From an uncultured Candidatus Saccharibacteria bacterium (GTDB lineage: Bacteria > Patescibacteriota > Saccharimonadia > Saccharimonadales > UBA4665), in contig CAZIOX010000006.1 in assembly GCA_964541145.1 (NCBI GenBank), positions 1,899 through 65,898 of the forward strand: 64,000 nt of DNA, in the 5' to 3' direction. Shown piece by piece: positions 44,872 through 53,818 of this stretch. The position numbers were made by a program, and so were the translations under genes. The number at the start of each line of letters is the position of its first letter. Position 1 is the stretch's first letter. The notes beneath the pieces are model-generated. The model made no database searches. It saw only the letters and a program-made list of their open reading frames with translations, and was not told where the DNA came from.

Positions 44872-45492
44872 TTATTTCTCCTCCCCGCGGATAACAACGA
44901 TCCCTTTACGTGGACCAGGCACGGCACCGACGACGCCGATGTAGCCTTTTTCTGCGTCAACGATAGCTACCGTAAGATTACGTACCGTAACTTGGTCGTG
45001 TCCAAGGTGACCCGCCATTTTTTTACCAGGTAAAATATGCTGTGGATACATAGAACCGATAGAACCAGGCCGGCGATAGCTGCGACCACCGTGCGTTTTG
45101 CGTCCACGGTGGAAGTTGTGGCGACGGATAGTGCCAGCCCATCCCTTGCCTTTGCTTGTGCCAGTCACATGCACGGTGTCCCCAACTGAAAAGACCTCGG
45201 CGTTGATGGTTTCTCCAACTTTGAGGTCTCCGGTGATTTGTGGGACGCGAAACTCGCGCATAATACGCACGACCTGCTTAGCTCCCTTAAGATGTCCGAC
45301 TTGCGGCTTTGCTACTTTGTGTTCTTTTACTTCCTCGCAGCCGATTTGGATGGCAGTATAGCCGTCTACTTCATCGGTTTTCACCTGTGTAATCACACAG
45401 GGACTAGCGGAAAGCAAGGTGACAGCCTGTAGAGTACCGTCGCTACCGATGGTACTTGTCATGCCAACCTTTCTCGTAATGAGTGCCTTCAT
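44872..45492 (-). CDS. rplC: 50S ribosomal protein L3
   Basis: MKALITRKVGMTSTIG starts at ATG 45492. An alternative in-frame ATG at 45510 would add MTWCKT. Confidence 0.95.
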   Translation of the reverse strand: MKALITRKVGMTSTIGSDGTLQAVTLLSASPCVITQVKTDEVDGYTAIQIGCEEVKEHKVAKPQVGHLKGAKQVVRIMREFRVPQITGDLKVGETINAEVFSVGDTVHVTGTSKGKGWAGTIRRHNFHRGRKTHGGRSYRRPGSIGSMYPQHILPGKKMAGHLGHDQVTVRNLTVAIVDAEKGYIGVVGAVPGPRKGIVVIRGEEK

Positions 45493-45745
45493 AGTTTTGC
45501 ACCACGTCATATGCTACCAGATGACGTGCTCCTTTATGGTTAATATTTGTCGAACGGCTGCTTTTTGGATCTTGTACACTGATACAAAAAACGTGGTGGT
45601 CGACGGTTTCTACCCCTGTTACGAGCGGACCTTTCCGACATCACCAACACAACGAGTGTTCGTACGTACCTTACAGATTACCATGTAAAGATAACACCTG
45701 TCAACCTGTTGTATAAACTACATGATCTAAGCGGTCAAACACTGC

Positions 45746-46066
45746 CTATAGCGTTATAAAAAGTCCAAACGGAGCCAAGAACCCAAAAAATCCCGCTATG
45801 ATCAATACGGCAATTTCTATACGCCGTTCCATCCGAAAATGTTCGTGAGAGGCAAAAAACAGCCCTACGGCTAAACCAATCGGCAGAGGTACGTGCAAGT
45901 TGCTGCCAGTTTTTGTTATTTTGATCCACAGAGATGCCAAGATAACATACAAGGTTAGTTTTAGCACAAAAGCTCCATCGCTGTTTGAAGTCTTTTTGCT
46001 AGCAGGTTTTTTTGAGGCGGCAACCTTAGAAACAGATTTTGTACCATTTTTTTTGTTTTTGTTCAT
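45746..46066 (-). CDS. Small membrane protein, 106 aa, K-rich N-terminus, about 3 TM
   Basis: MNKNKKNGTKSVSKVAASKKPASKK is followed by LTLYVILASLWI, LPIGLAVGLFFA and IAVLIIAGFFGFLAPFGLFI. Confidence 0.6.
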   Translation of the reverse strand: MNKNKKNGTKSVSKVAASKKPASKKTSNSDGAFVLKLTLYVILASLWIKITKTGSNLHVPLPIGLAVGLFFASHEHFRMERRIEIAVLIIAGFFGFLAPFGLFITL

Positions 46067-46148
46067 CTACAAACAGTATACCAGGTCATCACTCTCATCT
46101 CAAGGCATTGACGCTTACCAGTTATGAGACTACCCACACCTGCGTGGA

Positions 46149-47657
46149 CTAGGCGGCTCTATCAAGTAGCTCGTCGAGTTCATACGACTTTTGTTTCGAG
46201 TAGCCGATAATGCCGGCGCCGATGTTGTTGACGCGTTTCTGTATACACTTCAGCCCTCCCAATCGTTCTCCGCCTACCTTGTAGCCGTCATGTGAAGCGC
46301 GTTTGCCGACACGAGCACGGTGACGATCGGCTCTTGTTTGAATCATGATCTCGACTGGCGTGCCATCGAAGTCAATTGCAGCCTTGACAACTCGAAATTC
46401 TTTTTTATGCGTTCTTAGATCCTCTTTGATCGTACTGACATCGAGTCCAACTTCGCACATCTCATTTTTGATTGTTTCGATATAGGCCTTGTCGCCACGA
46501 ACATCGAGACCGGCTACGGTTGGGTCGTTCGACGCCAGGGTGGCATGGTTGCTTTCATAAATGTTTAGCTGCATTTGGCAGAATACATCACAGAGCTGCG
46601 TCATATTATCTACGACAATAGTCAGCCCAACCATGTCCAGCACTTTTTGTCCTGGTCGCTTAAACATTTTCATGGCATATGATCCGAGCGATTTTCGTCT
46701 CCAAACCACTTGAAACGGATCCTCACCCTGTATATCACGCTGGAGCCTAGATTCACCGACAATGATGTCGTGGTCGGTGTTATCTTCAAAGCAGTGTTTG
46801 CTGACGAGAGAACCGCCAAATATGTCGTGTAGAACGCTATCGACGATCTGTAGGGTTTCCTTGCGATCATACGGCTCAAGTCTCTTTTGAGCTTCCTCGA
46901 CAACACTGTGTAGACCCAGCTTTTTGAGACGAAGCACGTTTGCGGCGCTCCTGAGAGCCATTGCAACACCATCAAAGCCCATTGCTTCGTTTATCTTTGC
47001 AAACACCTGGGAGTCAAAAATGTGACGGAGAATCGTTGTGTCTTTGCGCGCTGGCGTTTTCAGCCTATCGATATGCCTGATAGATTCTTTATTAACTGCT
47101 TCGACATTCACGTGATTCAACATGGCATCAATACGTTCAAGGGGCGCGGGAGGCAAGTCAAAGTTCCATAGCGCCTTTGAGACAGGTTCATCATCGTTTG
47201 AGTCGATAATGCTTGCGATCTCTGTTCCTTGTAGTGTGTGGTCACGGATTACATCGAGATGCGTACGAAGCTCTCGACCGTCAACCAAAAAAGCAGCTGT
47301 TTTACGCCATCGTTTGGGTGGTTGAGTACTCCGATATTCACGCAATGCTTGTATTGCCAGTGTCTGCTCACTAACCTCAATTTCTGAGCTTGGCTGGCTC
47401 ATTACCGCTTCACCGATCGCCTGGAGTAGCGTAGCCCGCTTAATACCCTTTCCAATGCCCTTTCCATCGCTAAAATCGCATAATTCTACATACGTACGTA
47501 GTGTATATTGCAAAATACGCAGCGCTGAATCTGGATCATTGAGTTCATCCGTGTAGCCTACGAGTGTTTTCACCTCTGGGAGAAAGTCAGGTGCGACGTG
47601 CTCAAGCGAGGCCACTACGCCTTCTGTACCAGGCAGATCAAACCTTGAAATAGCCAT
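46149..47657 (-). CDS. Divergent RelA/SpoT-like (alarmone-synthetase-fold) nucleotidyl/pyrophosphotransferase with a ~330-aa unknown N-terminal region
   Basis: The C-terminal third carries synthetase-type blocks: RRKSLGSYAMKMFKR (R-x-K-x3-S-x3-K), LDMVGLTIVV (D-x2-G), PVEIMIQTR (the EIQIRT equivalent) and ASHDGYK (H-x2-YK). The GY-x-S-x-H block is replaced by EFRVVK. No HD hydrolase motif is seen. Confidence 0.65.
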   Translation of the reverse strand: MAISRFDLPGTEGVVASLEHVAPDFLPEVKTLVGYTDELNDPDSALRILQYTLRTYVELCDFSDGKGIGKGIKRATLLQAIGEAVMSQPSSEIEVSEQTLAIQALREYRSTQPPKRWRKTAAFLVDGRELRTHLDVIRDHTLQGTEIASIIDSNDDEPVSKALWNFDLPPAPLERIDAMLNHVNVEAVNKESIRHIDRLKTPARKDTTILRHIFDSQVFAKINEAMGFDGVAMALRSAANVLRLKKLGLHSVVEEAQKRLEPYDRKETLQIVDSVLHDIFGGSLVSKHCFEDNTDHDIIVGESRLQRDIQGEDPFQVVWRRKSLGSYAMKMFKRPGQKVLDMVGLTIVVDNMTQLCDVFCQMQLNIYESNHATLASNDPTVAGLDVRGDKAYIETIKNEMCEVGLDVSTIKEDLRTHKKEFRVVKAAIDFDGTPVEIMIQTRADRHRARVGKRASHDGYKVGGERLGGLKCIQKRVNNIGAGIIGYSKQKSYELDELLDRAA

Positions 47658-47902
47658 ACTTATATTTTAGCATACTATCCTGATTTTGTCCAGTTTCTAT
47701 ATCCGTCCACCATACATTGGACTGTTGTATTGGTAATCGTAACAAGTCCTATAAGTTCAGATTAGCTTTTTTGGCACTGAGCCCTAGGTAGCACATAGCA
47801 CGCGTCAAATGATCCCATATGACCTGATTCTCATCAAATAAAATGGAAGACAGTATCCATACTCATAAACTTGAGAAATGTTCATGTAAGATGCTATGTG
47901 TA

Positions 47903-48346
47903 TCATAGTTGTTTCTGGTATTCATCACCCAATCTCTTACTGGGCATGTAGCCAAATGAACGGAGTAAGTCTCTCATCCCAACTCTTTCTTCTTCTACGC
48001 TTGCACGCACAATATTGGTTCCACTAGCCAGTGCCGCCGCCTCGATCGCTTCTAGAAGGTTTTTTGCCCGACCTTCGCGCTGGTTTTTTGGGTTCGTGGC
48101 TAAGAACACTATTTCCAATGCCTCACCTATTGTATGGGTGGCCGCAGCAGCAGCTGTGACACACCCACTTGTTGGATCTTCCACTATAAATAAATCTGTA
48201 GCGACACATTCTCCAAGGGTTCTTAATAGACCTTCGTCCATCCCAAACGGCTCACGGAAAAGTTCGAGTACACCATTAAAAAGGTTTTGATCCGTTAAAA
48301 ATTTTTCGGAGCCAATATTTTTGACAACTGAATTTAATTCAGACAT
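47903..48346 (-). CDS. GNAT-family N-acetyltransferase, 147 aa
   Basis: The acetyl-CoA motif-A-like block is IVFLATNPKNQREGRAKNLLEAIEAAA (Q/R-x-x-G-x-A). Confidence 0.65.
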   Translation of the reverse strand: MSELNSVVKNIGSEKFLTDQNLFNGVLELFREPFGMDEGLLRTLGECVATDLFIVEDPTSGCVTAAAAATHTIGEALEIVFLATNPKNQREGRAKNLLEAIEAAALASGTNIVRASVEEERVGMRDLLRSFGYMPSKRLGDEYQKQL

Positions 48347-48449
48347 GAAACTTATTGTATCATGTTTTTTTATTTTTGTCTACTAAACTGCCTATATGAC
48401 GCGTACCGGCTATTGTCTTTACGCAAGCTTTTCGTGTTTTCCAAGAATG

Positions 48450-48782
48450 TTACATCTTGATTTCGACGTCGCAGCCAGCGGGGAGGGAGAGGTTCATGAG
48501 GCTGTCGATGGTCTTTGGAGTCGGTTCAAACACGTCGATGAGGCGCTTGTGGACGCGCATTTCGAACTGTTCACGGCCTTTTTTATAGACGTGCGGGCTT
48601 TTTACCACCGTAAAGGTACTTTTGCGCGTGGGTAGTGGTATAGGTCCAGCAAGGCTAGCGCCAGTGCGCAAGGCTGTGTCGACAATCTGCTTGGCTGCTT
48701 GGTCAATGATTTTGTGGTCGTAGGCCTTCAGGCGTATACGAATACGTTGTTTGCCTGTTGGTGCTTGGGTGGCGTCTGCCAT
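48450..48782 (-). CDS. rpsJ: 30S ribosomal protein S10
   Basis: [41 protein letters not shown]. Confidence 0.95.
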   Translation of the reverse strand: MADATQAPTGKQRIRIRLKAYDHKIIDQAAKQIVDTALRTGASLAGPIPLPTRKSTFTVVKSPHVYKKGREQFEMRVHKRLIDVFEPTPKTIDSLMNLSLPAGCDVEIKM

Positions 48783-48996
48783 GGTAAAACCTCCGGTTTT
48801 TTTAGGTTACTGGTTATAGACTATAGGTTATGGGCTTCATTCCCACAAAAGCTATTGCCTGGTGCAAACGGCCGGCTTCACCCGACTGGGCTTTGTAACA
48901 CCTTACGAATCCACCTGGGAACACGCACGGCTTTTAGTCAAAGCTACTAGTTTACCTGTGTATCGTATCATTTTTGTTAGATAAAAGCAAAGCCGC

Positions 48997-49407
48997 CTAG
49001 CGTTGCTTCTTGCGAAAGCGTATAACATGGGCAGCTTTTTTGTGGATTGACCGCTTGGGCGGTTGCGCAGAATATTCGGCGAAGATGGTGTCGATAAAGT
49101 CATCCATTTCTGTGTCAGTCATATCTGAGGCAGCCCCTTCGCCACCAAGATCGTCACGGTACTCTACCGTAGCTATACCAGTGCGAAAACTGTGCATGCG
49201 GTCGTAGGCACGACGAGCAACGGGGTCTTTGAGGGTGGCGTACGCTTTATTGAGCTGCTGCATATGTTCTAGCGACCCTCCTGCATCAGGGTGCTGGTGT
49301 TTGGCGAGTTTCATAAAAGCAGCTCGAATCTCAGTAGGCAAAGCACCCGGCTCTACCCCTAACAACTTGTACAGGTCAATAAAACTTTCGTAAGCTCCCT
49401 CTGCCAT
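48997..49407 (-). CDS. J-domain (DnaJ-like) protein, 136 aa, no Zn-finger or C-terminal DnaJ domains
   Basis: DLYKLLGVEPGALPTEIRAAFMKLAKHQHPDAGG, which contains the HPD motif. The acidic middle is followed by a basic tail (RFRKKQR). Confidence 0.8.
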   Translation of the reverse strand: MAEGAYESFIDLYKLLGVEPGALPTEIRAAFMKLAKHQHPDAGGSLEHMQQLNKAYATLKDPVARRAYDRMHSFRTGIATVEYRDDLGGEGAASDMTDTEMDDFIDTIFAEYSAQPPKRSIHKKAAHVIRFRKKQR

Positions 49408-49512
49408 AACGTCTTAGTATACTCGACTTATGTAAAAATCGCGCTATCTTCAGGCGCCGCCACGAGTGATAGAAGTTTTTGCTATGTTAAGTTTAGCCTG
49501 CTTCAGCACGAA

Positions 49513-49550
49513 AGAGAAGCGCTCTGTCAAATGAGACGGAGCGCTTCTCT
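49513..49550 (-). terminator. 12-bp hairpin after tuf
   Basis: agagaagcgctc / gagcgcttctct with a 14-nt loop. The U-tract on the minus strand is weak. Confidence 0.4.
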
Positions 49551-49575
49551 GTTCTGGGATGACTCCCAGGTGAAA

Positions 49576-50760
49576 CTATTTCGTGATAGCGGTCACGACG
49601 CCGGCACCAACAGTGCGACCACCTTCGCGAATAGCGAAGCGTAGACCCTGCTCCATTGCAATAGGAGCAAGTAGTTTGACTTTGAAGGTGATAGTGTCAC
49701 CCGGCATGACCATTTCTTTGTCAGCTGGGAGCTCAACTTCACCAGTCACGTCCGTGGTGCGGAAGTAGAACTGAGGCTTGTAGCCCTTGAAGAATGGCGT
49801 GTGACGACCACCTTCTTCTTTGCTAAGGATGTAAACCTCGGCGTCAAATTCGGTGTGAGGGGTGATTGTACCTGGCTTGGCAAGTACTTGACCGCGCTCG
49901 ATGTCATCGCGCTCAATACCGCGTAGTAGTACACCGGCATTGTCGCCGGCTTGACCTTGGTCAAGAGATTTCTTGAAGGCTTCTATACCTGTTACGACAG
50001 ACTTCGTGGTTGGGCGAATACCGACAATTTCTACTTCGTCGTTTATCTTGACAATACCTTGTTCAATACGGCCAGTTGCGACGGTGCCGCGACCCTTGAT
50101 ACTGAACACGTCTTCGATAGGCATAATGAACGGCTTGTCAAGGTCTCTGGTTGGCTCTGGAAGGTAGTCGTCCATGGCCTGTACCAGTTCCATAACGGCG
50201 TCTTCATTTGCGGCATCGCCTTCGACAGCCTTGGCTGCTGAACCCTTGATGATTGGACAGTCCCGATCGAAACCATTTTTCTCGAGAAGTTCGCGAATTT
50301 CTTCTTCAACGAGTTCGACGAGGTCGGCGTCAGCGAGATCCATTTTGTTCATGAAGACCAAGATCTTTGGTACACCAACCTGACGCGCAAGCAGTACGTG
50401 CTCGCGAGTTTGCGGCATAGGGCCGTCGGCAGCAGAAACGACGAGGATTGCGCCGTCAACCTGAGCAGCACCGGTAATCATGTTCTTGACATAGTCGGCG
50501 TGGCCCGGCATGTCGACGTGTGCGTAGTGGCGCTTTTCGCTTTCGTACTCTTGGTGAGAGGTGGCGATGGTTATACCGCGAGCCTTTTCTTCTGGGGCGT
50601 TGTCGATTTGCGCGTAGTCAACCTTTTTGTTGGTGTCGCTGGGAAGTTTTTTCGCCAATACAGAAGTGATAGCAGCGGTTAGTGTTGTTTTGCCGTGGTC
50701 GACGTGACCCATCGTACCAACGTTGACGTGCGGCTTGCTTCGGTCAAATGTTCCTGCCAT
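49576..50760 (-). CDS. tuf: Elongation factor Tu
   Basis: [18 protein letters not shown] and NKMD motifs. 394 aa. Confidence 0.98.
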   Translation of the reverse strand: MAGTFDRSKPHVNVGTMGHVDHGKTTLTAAITSVLAKKLPSDTNKKVDYAQIDNAPEEKARGITIATSHQEYESEKRHYAHVDMPGHADYVKNMITGAAQVDGAILVVSAADGPMPQTREHVLLARQVGVPKILVFMNKMDLADADLVELVEEEIRELLEKNGFDRDCPIIKGSAAKAVEGDAANEDAVMELVQAMDDYLPEPTRDLDKPFIMPIEDVFSIKGRGTVATGRIEQGIVKINDEVEIVGIRPTTKSVVTGIEAFKKSLDQGQAGDNAGVLLRGIERDDIERGQVLAKPGTITPHTEFDAEVYILSKEEGGRHTPFFKGYKPQFYFRTTDVTGEVELPADKEMVMPGDTITFKVKLLAPIAMEQGLRFAIREGGRTVGAGVVTAITK

Positions 50761-50971
50761 AAAAGGTAGTACTCCTAATATTATGTTAATAGTTGTTCAC
50801 GCGGTCCATATTGCTCTGCTGTACTTTTCTCATACGCTCGTACATACCACAGCAACGCCCTCACGCGAGATACGGTGTTATTGTACCGTAGGACGCCTAC
50901 AGAAAGCAAGGCATTTTGGCTGACTAATCGTATTGTATTTTTAGATCGAGTTTATCAGCTATTTGGAAGAT

Positions 50972-51226
50972 TCACTTTTCCAGACGATCTTGTTGGTTGT
51001 CTCGTGCCACATTGTCGGAAATGATGTCTTCTATGCGCTTCATGTGCGAGTCAAGTACGCTGTATATATGGTTGAGCTTACTGTCTATCTCGTCAAACCA
51101 CTTGTCGTGTTGAACCAGCTTTTGTTCAACGCCGAACAAGCGGGTGTCCATGGCATCAAATCGATTATTTACCAAAGTGAACTGTTCAGAAATGGTCTGC
51201 GACACGTCAGACACGACTCCAATCAC
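50972..51226 (-). CDS. Small coiled-coil protein candidate, 84 aa, GTG start
   Basis: The sequence is heptad-like (FDAMDTRLFGVEQKLVQHDKWFDEIDSKLNHIYSVLDSHMKRIEDI). It lies between fusA and tuf, in the same frame as the fusA stop. Confidence 0.4.
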   Translation of the reverse strand: MIGVVSDVSQTISEQFTLVNNRFDAMDTRLFGVEQKLVQHDKWFDEIDSKLNHIYSVLDSHMKRIEDIISDNVARDNQQDRLEK

Positions 51227-51274
51227 ACCATCAAGATCTGTCGGGTTTTGCCCATAGTAGGGTAGCGCTTCGTC

Positions 51275-53362
51275 TTATTTCGAGTTTTTGGCGATGATGG
51301 CTTCGGCGACATTGTTAGGTACGTCGGCGTAGTGCGCAAGCTCCATGCTTGAGCTGGCTCGGCCTTGGCTCATCGAGCGCAGGTTTGTGGTGTAGCCAAA
51401 CATCTCTCCAAGTGGAACGAACGCTGTAATTTCCTTGATCCCAGACGAAAGATCCTCCATGGACTCGATGCGCCCGCGCTTGCTGTTTAGGTCGCCTATG
51501 ACGTCGCCCATAAACTCTTCAGGGGTGACGACGACGACTTTCATAACTGGCTCAAGCAGAACGGGGCCAGCTTTTTTGAAGCCGTCCTGGAAGCCCATAC
51601 TACCGGCTATGCTAAAGGCCATTTCGTTACTATCGACTTCGTGGTAACTGCCGTCGTACAACTCAACTTTCACGTCTACGACCGGGTAGCCAGCGATAAC
51701 ACCGTTGCTCATGGCTTCTTCTATACCCTTGCGCACGGCGGGGATGTATTCGGAAGGCACCACGCCACCCTTGATAGAGTTTATGAACTCAAAGCCAGCG
51801 CCCTGTTCGTTTTGACTCAGTCGCAACCAGACATCACCGTACTGACCGCGTCCACCACTCTGGCGGACAAACTTGCCTTGGGCTTCCACGGCATCTTTAC
51901 GGATGGTTTCACGGTAAGCCACTTGTGGCTGTCCGATGTTGGCCTCCACGCTAAACTCGCGTTTCATACGGTCGACGAGGATTTCGAGGTGTAACTCACC
52001 CATGCCAGAGATGATAGTCTGGCCGGTTTCGTCGTCAACACGAACGCGGAAAGTGGGGTCTTCTTCGGCGAGTCGCTGGAGTGCGAGGCTCATTTTCTCT
52101 TGGTCGGCCTTGGTCTTTGGCTCGATGGCAATAGACACGGGTGGCTCTGGGAAGGTAATGTTTTCGAGCTGAATGGGGTGTGCTGGGTCGCAGAGTGTAT
52201 TGCCAGTGGTCGTGCCTTTGAGGCCTACGATAGCAGCGATGTCACCAGCGACTACTTCGGTCACGTCTTCGCGCTTGTCGGCTTGCATGCGGACAATGCG
52301 ACCGACACGCTCTTTTTCGCCCGTTGAGCTGTTCAGCACATATGAGCCGGCCTGAAGTACGCCGGAATACACACGGAAGTAGGCGAGCTTACCAACAAAT
52401 GGGTCGGTGGTGATTTTGAAGGCCAGGCCAGCGAGCGGTTCGCTCGTGTCGTGTTTGCGCTCGATCTCTTCACCAGTTTTCGGGTGCACGCCCCAGGCGT
52501 TGCTGCGGTCATCTGGTGCTGGTAGATAATCGTTGACCATGTCTAGCACTTTTTCGACGATGACGCCGCGGCCATCACCACCGGTGACGGCATAGAATTT
52601 ACCGCTCAGCACCGCACTGCGTATGGCTTGCTTGATATCTTCCACGCTCAAACCTTCTTCGCCAACCTCAAAGTACTTTTCGAGCATGGCTTCGTCTTCG
52701 GCGACAGCGTTTTCGATAAGCAGACTGCGGTATCGCTTCACCTGTTCCATCATGTCAGCCGGAATATCACCCTCGACGAGTTCGTGGTCGTGGAACTCGG
52801 TGTAGGTGTAGCTCTTCATCGCGACAAGGTCGACAACTCCATTAATACTCTGTTCAAAACCGATGGGGAGATGTACGGGGAAGGCACGCTTGCTCAACCG
52901 GTTATGAATACTCTCGAGCGATTTGTAGAAGTCGCCACCAGTTTGGTTGATTTTATTGATGAAACAGATACGTGGCACACCGTACTTGTCTGCCTGACGC
53001 CAAACCGTTTCGGATTGGCTTTCGACGCCCATTTTGCCGTCGAAAACCACACAGGCTCCGTCGAGAACACGAAGTGAACGTTCCACTTCGGCAGTAAAGT
53101 CGATGTGGCCTGGCGTGTCGATAATGTTGATCTGCTTGCCCTTCCAAAAGCAGGTCACAGCAGCTGACACGATGGTAATGCCGCGTTCACGCTCCTGGTC
53201 CATCCAGTCGGTTGTAGTGCCACCTTCGTGCACGGCACCAATTTTGTGCTTCAGACCCGTTCGGTACAAAATACCTTCGGTCGTCGTCGTTTTGCCCGCG
53301 TCGATGTGGGCTATGATACCCATGTTGCGGATGTCTTTCATCAAAACTTTTTTATCTGCCAT
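51275..53362 (-). CDS. fusA: Elongation factor G
   Basis: AHIDAGKTTTTE, DTPGHIDF and NKIN motifs. 695 aa. Confidence 0.98.
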   Translation of the reverse strand: MADKKVLMKDIRNMGIIAHIDAGKTTTTEGILYRTGLKHKIGAVHEGGTTTDWMDQERERGITIVSAAVTCFWKGKQINIIDTPGHIDFTAEVERSLRVLDGACVVFDGKMGVESQSETVWRQADKYGVPRICFINKINQTGGDFYKSLESIHNRLSKRAFPVHLPIGFEQSINGVVDLVAMKSYTYTEFHDHELVEGDIPADMMEQVKRYRSLLIENAVAEDEAMLEKYFEVGEEGLSVEDIKQAIRSAVLSGKFYAVTGGDGRGVIVEKVLDMVNDYLPAPDDRSNAWGVHPKTGEEIERKHDTSEPLAGLAFKITTDPFVGKLAYFRVYSGVLQAGSYVLNSSTGEKERVGRIVRMQADKREDVTEVVAGDIAAIVGLKGTTTGNTLCDPAHPIQLENITFPEPPVSIAIEPKTKADQEKMSLALQRLAEEDPTFRVRVDDETGQTIISGMGELHLEILVDRMKREFSVEANIGQPQVAYRETIRKDAVEAQGKFVRQSGGRGQYGDVWLRLSQNEQGAGFEFINSIKGGVVPSEYIPAVRKGIEEAMSNGVIAGYPVVDVKVELYDGSYHEVDSNEMAFSIAGSMGFQDGFKKAGPVLLEPVMKVVVVTPEEFMGDVIGDLNSKRGRIESMEDLSSGIKEITAFVPLGEMFGYTTNLRSMSQGRASSSMELAHYADVPNNVAEAIIAKNSK

Positions 53363-53374
53363 AGAAGCTCCTTG

Positions 53375-53404
53375 GAGTTAAGAGATAGGAGATAAGAGAT
53401 AAGA
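53375..53404. repeat. Inverted repeat, left arm (3 nt from the stop of the four-helix-bundle gene)
   Basis: gagttaagagataggagataagagataaga. 28 of 30 positions match the reverse complement of 53774..53803. Confidence 0.9.
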
Positions 53405-53407
53405 CTC

Positions 53408-53773
53408 TTATTTCGTACCATTTGTTTTGTTAATTAAGCCTGTTAGTACTTTGTGGCACGCTATGCTCGCTTCATCCAGCTCTTGGTATACATGATTTTG
53501 TATATAGCGAACGTCCTTTGCCACCAATAGCTGCGCTTGAACCTCATGCAATGAAGCCCGCGCCATATCGTAAAAGTGCGTTCGATCTGCCATAGTTCTT
53601 CGGCCAAATCCTTCTGCTATATTCGAAACAATTGATACGGTTGATCGCCGGATTTGATTGGTAAGACCGAAAATCTCATCTTTTGGAAAATCTTTGGTAA
53701 TCTTATAGATTTCTAAAGTTAAAGCATGTGACTTTTGCCAAGCAATGAGGTCTCGAAATGTATGGATGCTCAT
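53408..53773 (-). CDS. Four-helix-bundle protein of the '23S rRNA intervening-sequence protein' family
   Basis: FRDLIAWQKSHALTLEIYKITKDFPKDEIFGLTNQIRRSTVSIVSNIAEGFGR matches the family signature (W-Q-K-A, Q-x-R-R-A-x-x-S-I-x-x-N-I-A-E-G). 121 aa. Confidence 0.8.
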   Translation of the reverse strand: MSIHTFRDLIAWQKSHALTLEIYKITKDFPKDEIFGLTNQIRRSTVSIVSNIAEGFGRRTMADRTHFYDMARASLHEVQAQLLVAKDVRYIQNHVYQELDEASIACHKVLTGLINKTNGTK

Positions 53774-53803
53774 TCTTAACTCTTATCTCATATCTCTTAA
53801 CTC
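53774..53803. repeat. Inverted repeat, right arm (abuts the ATG of the four-helix-bundle gene)
   Basis: tcttaactcttatctcatatctcttaactc. Confidence 0.9.
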
Positions 53804-53818
53804 TACTCTTTTGCGGCT

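Noticed and set aside
45735-45929. 64-aa ORF overlapping the 106-aa membrane-protein gene in another frame
   Set aside because: It is shorter and nested, and it has no SD. The 106-aa frame gives coherent TM helices.
51227-51277. Stop-codon read-through of fusA into the in-frame 84-codon ORF
   Set aside because: The fusA stop is a TAA in an ordinary context. EF-G already ends at its normal C-terminus (..AEAIIAKNSK). The shared frame alone is not evidence.
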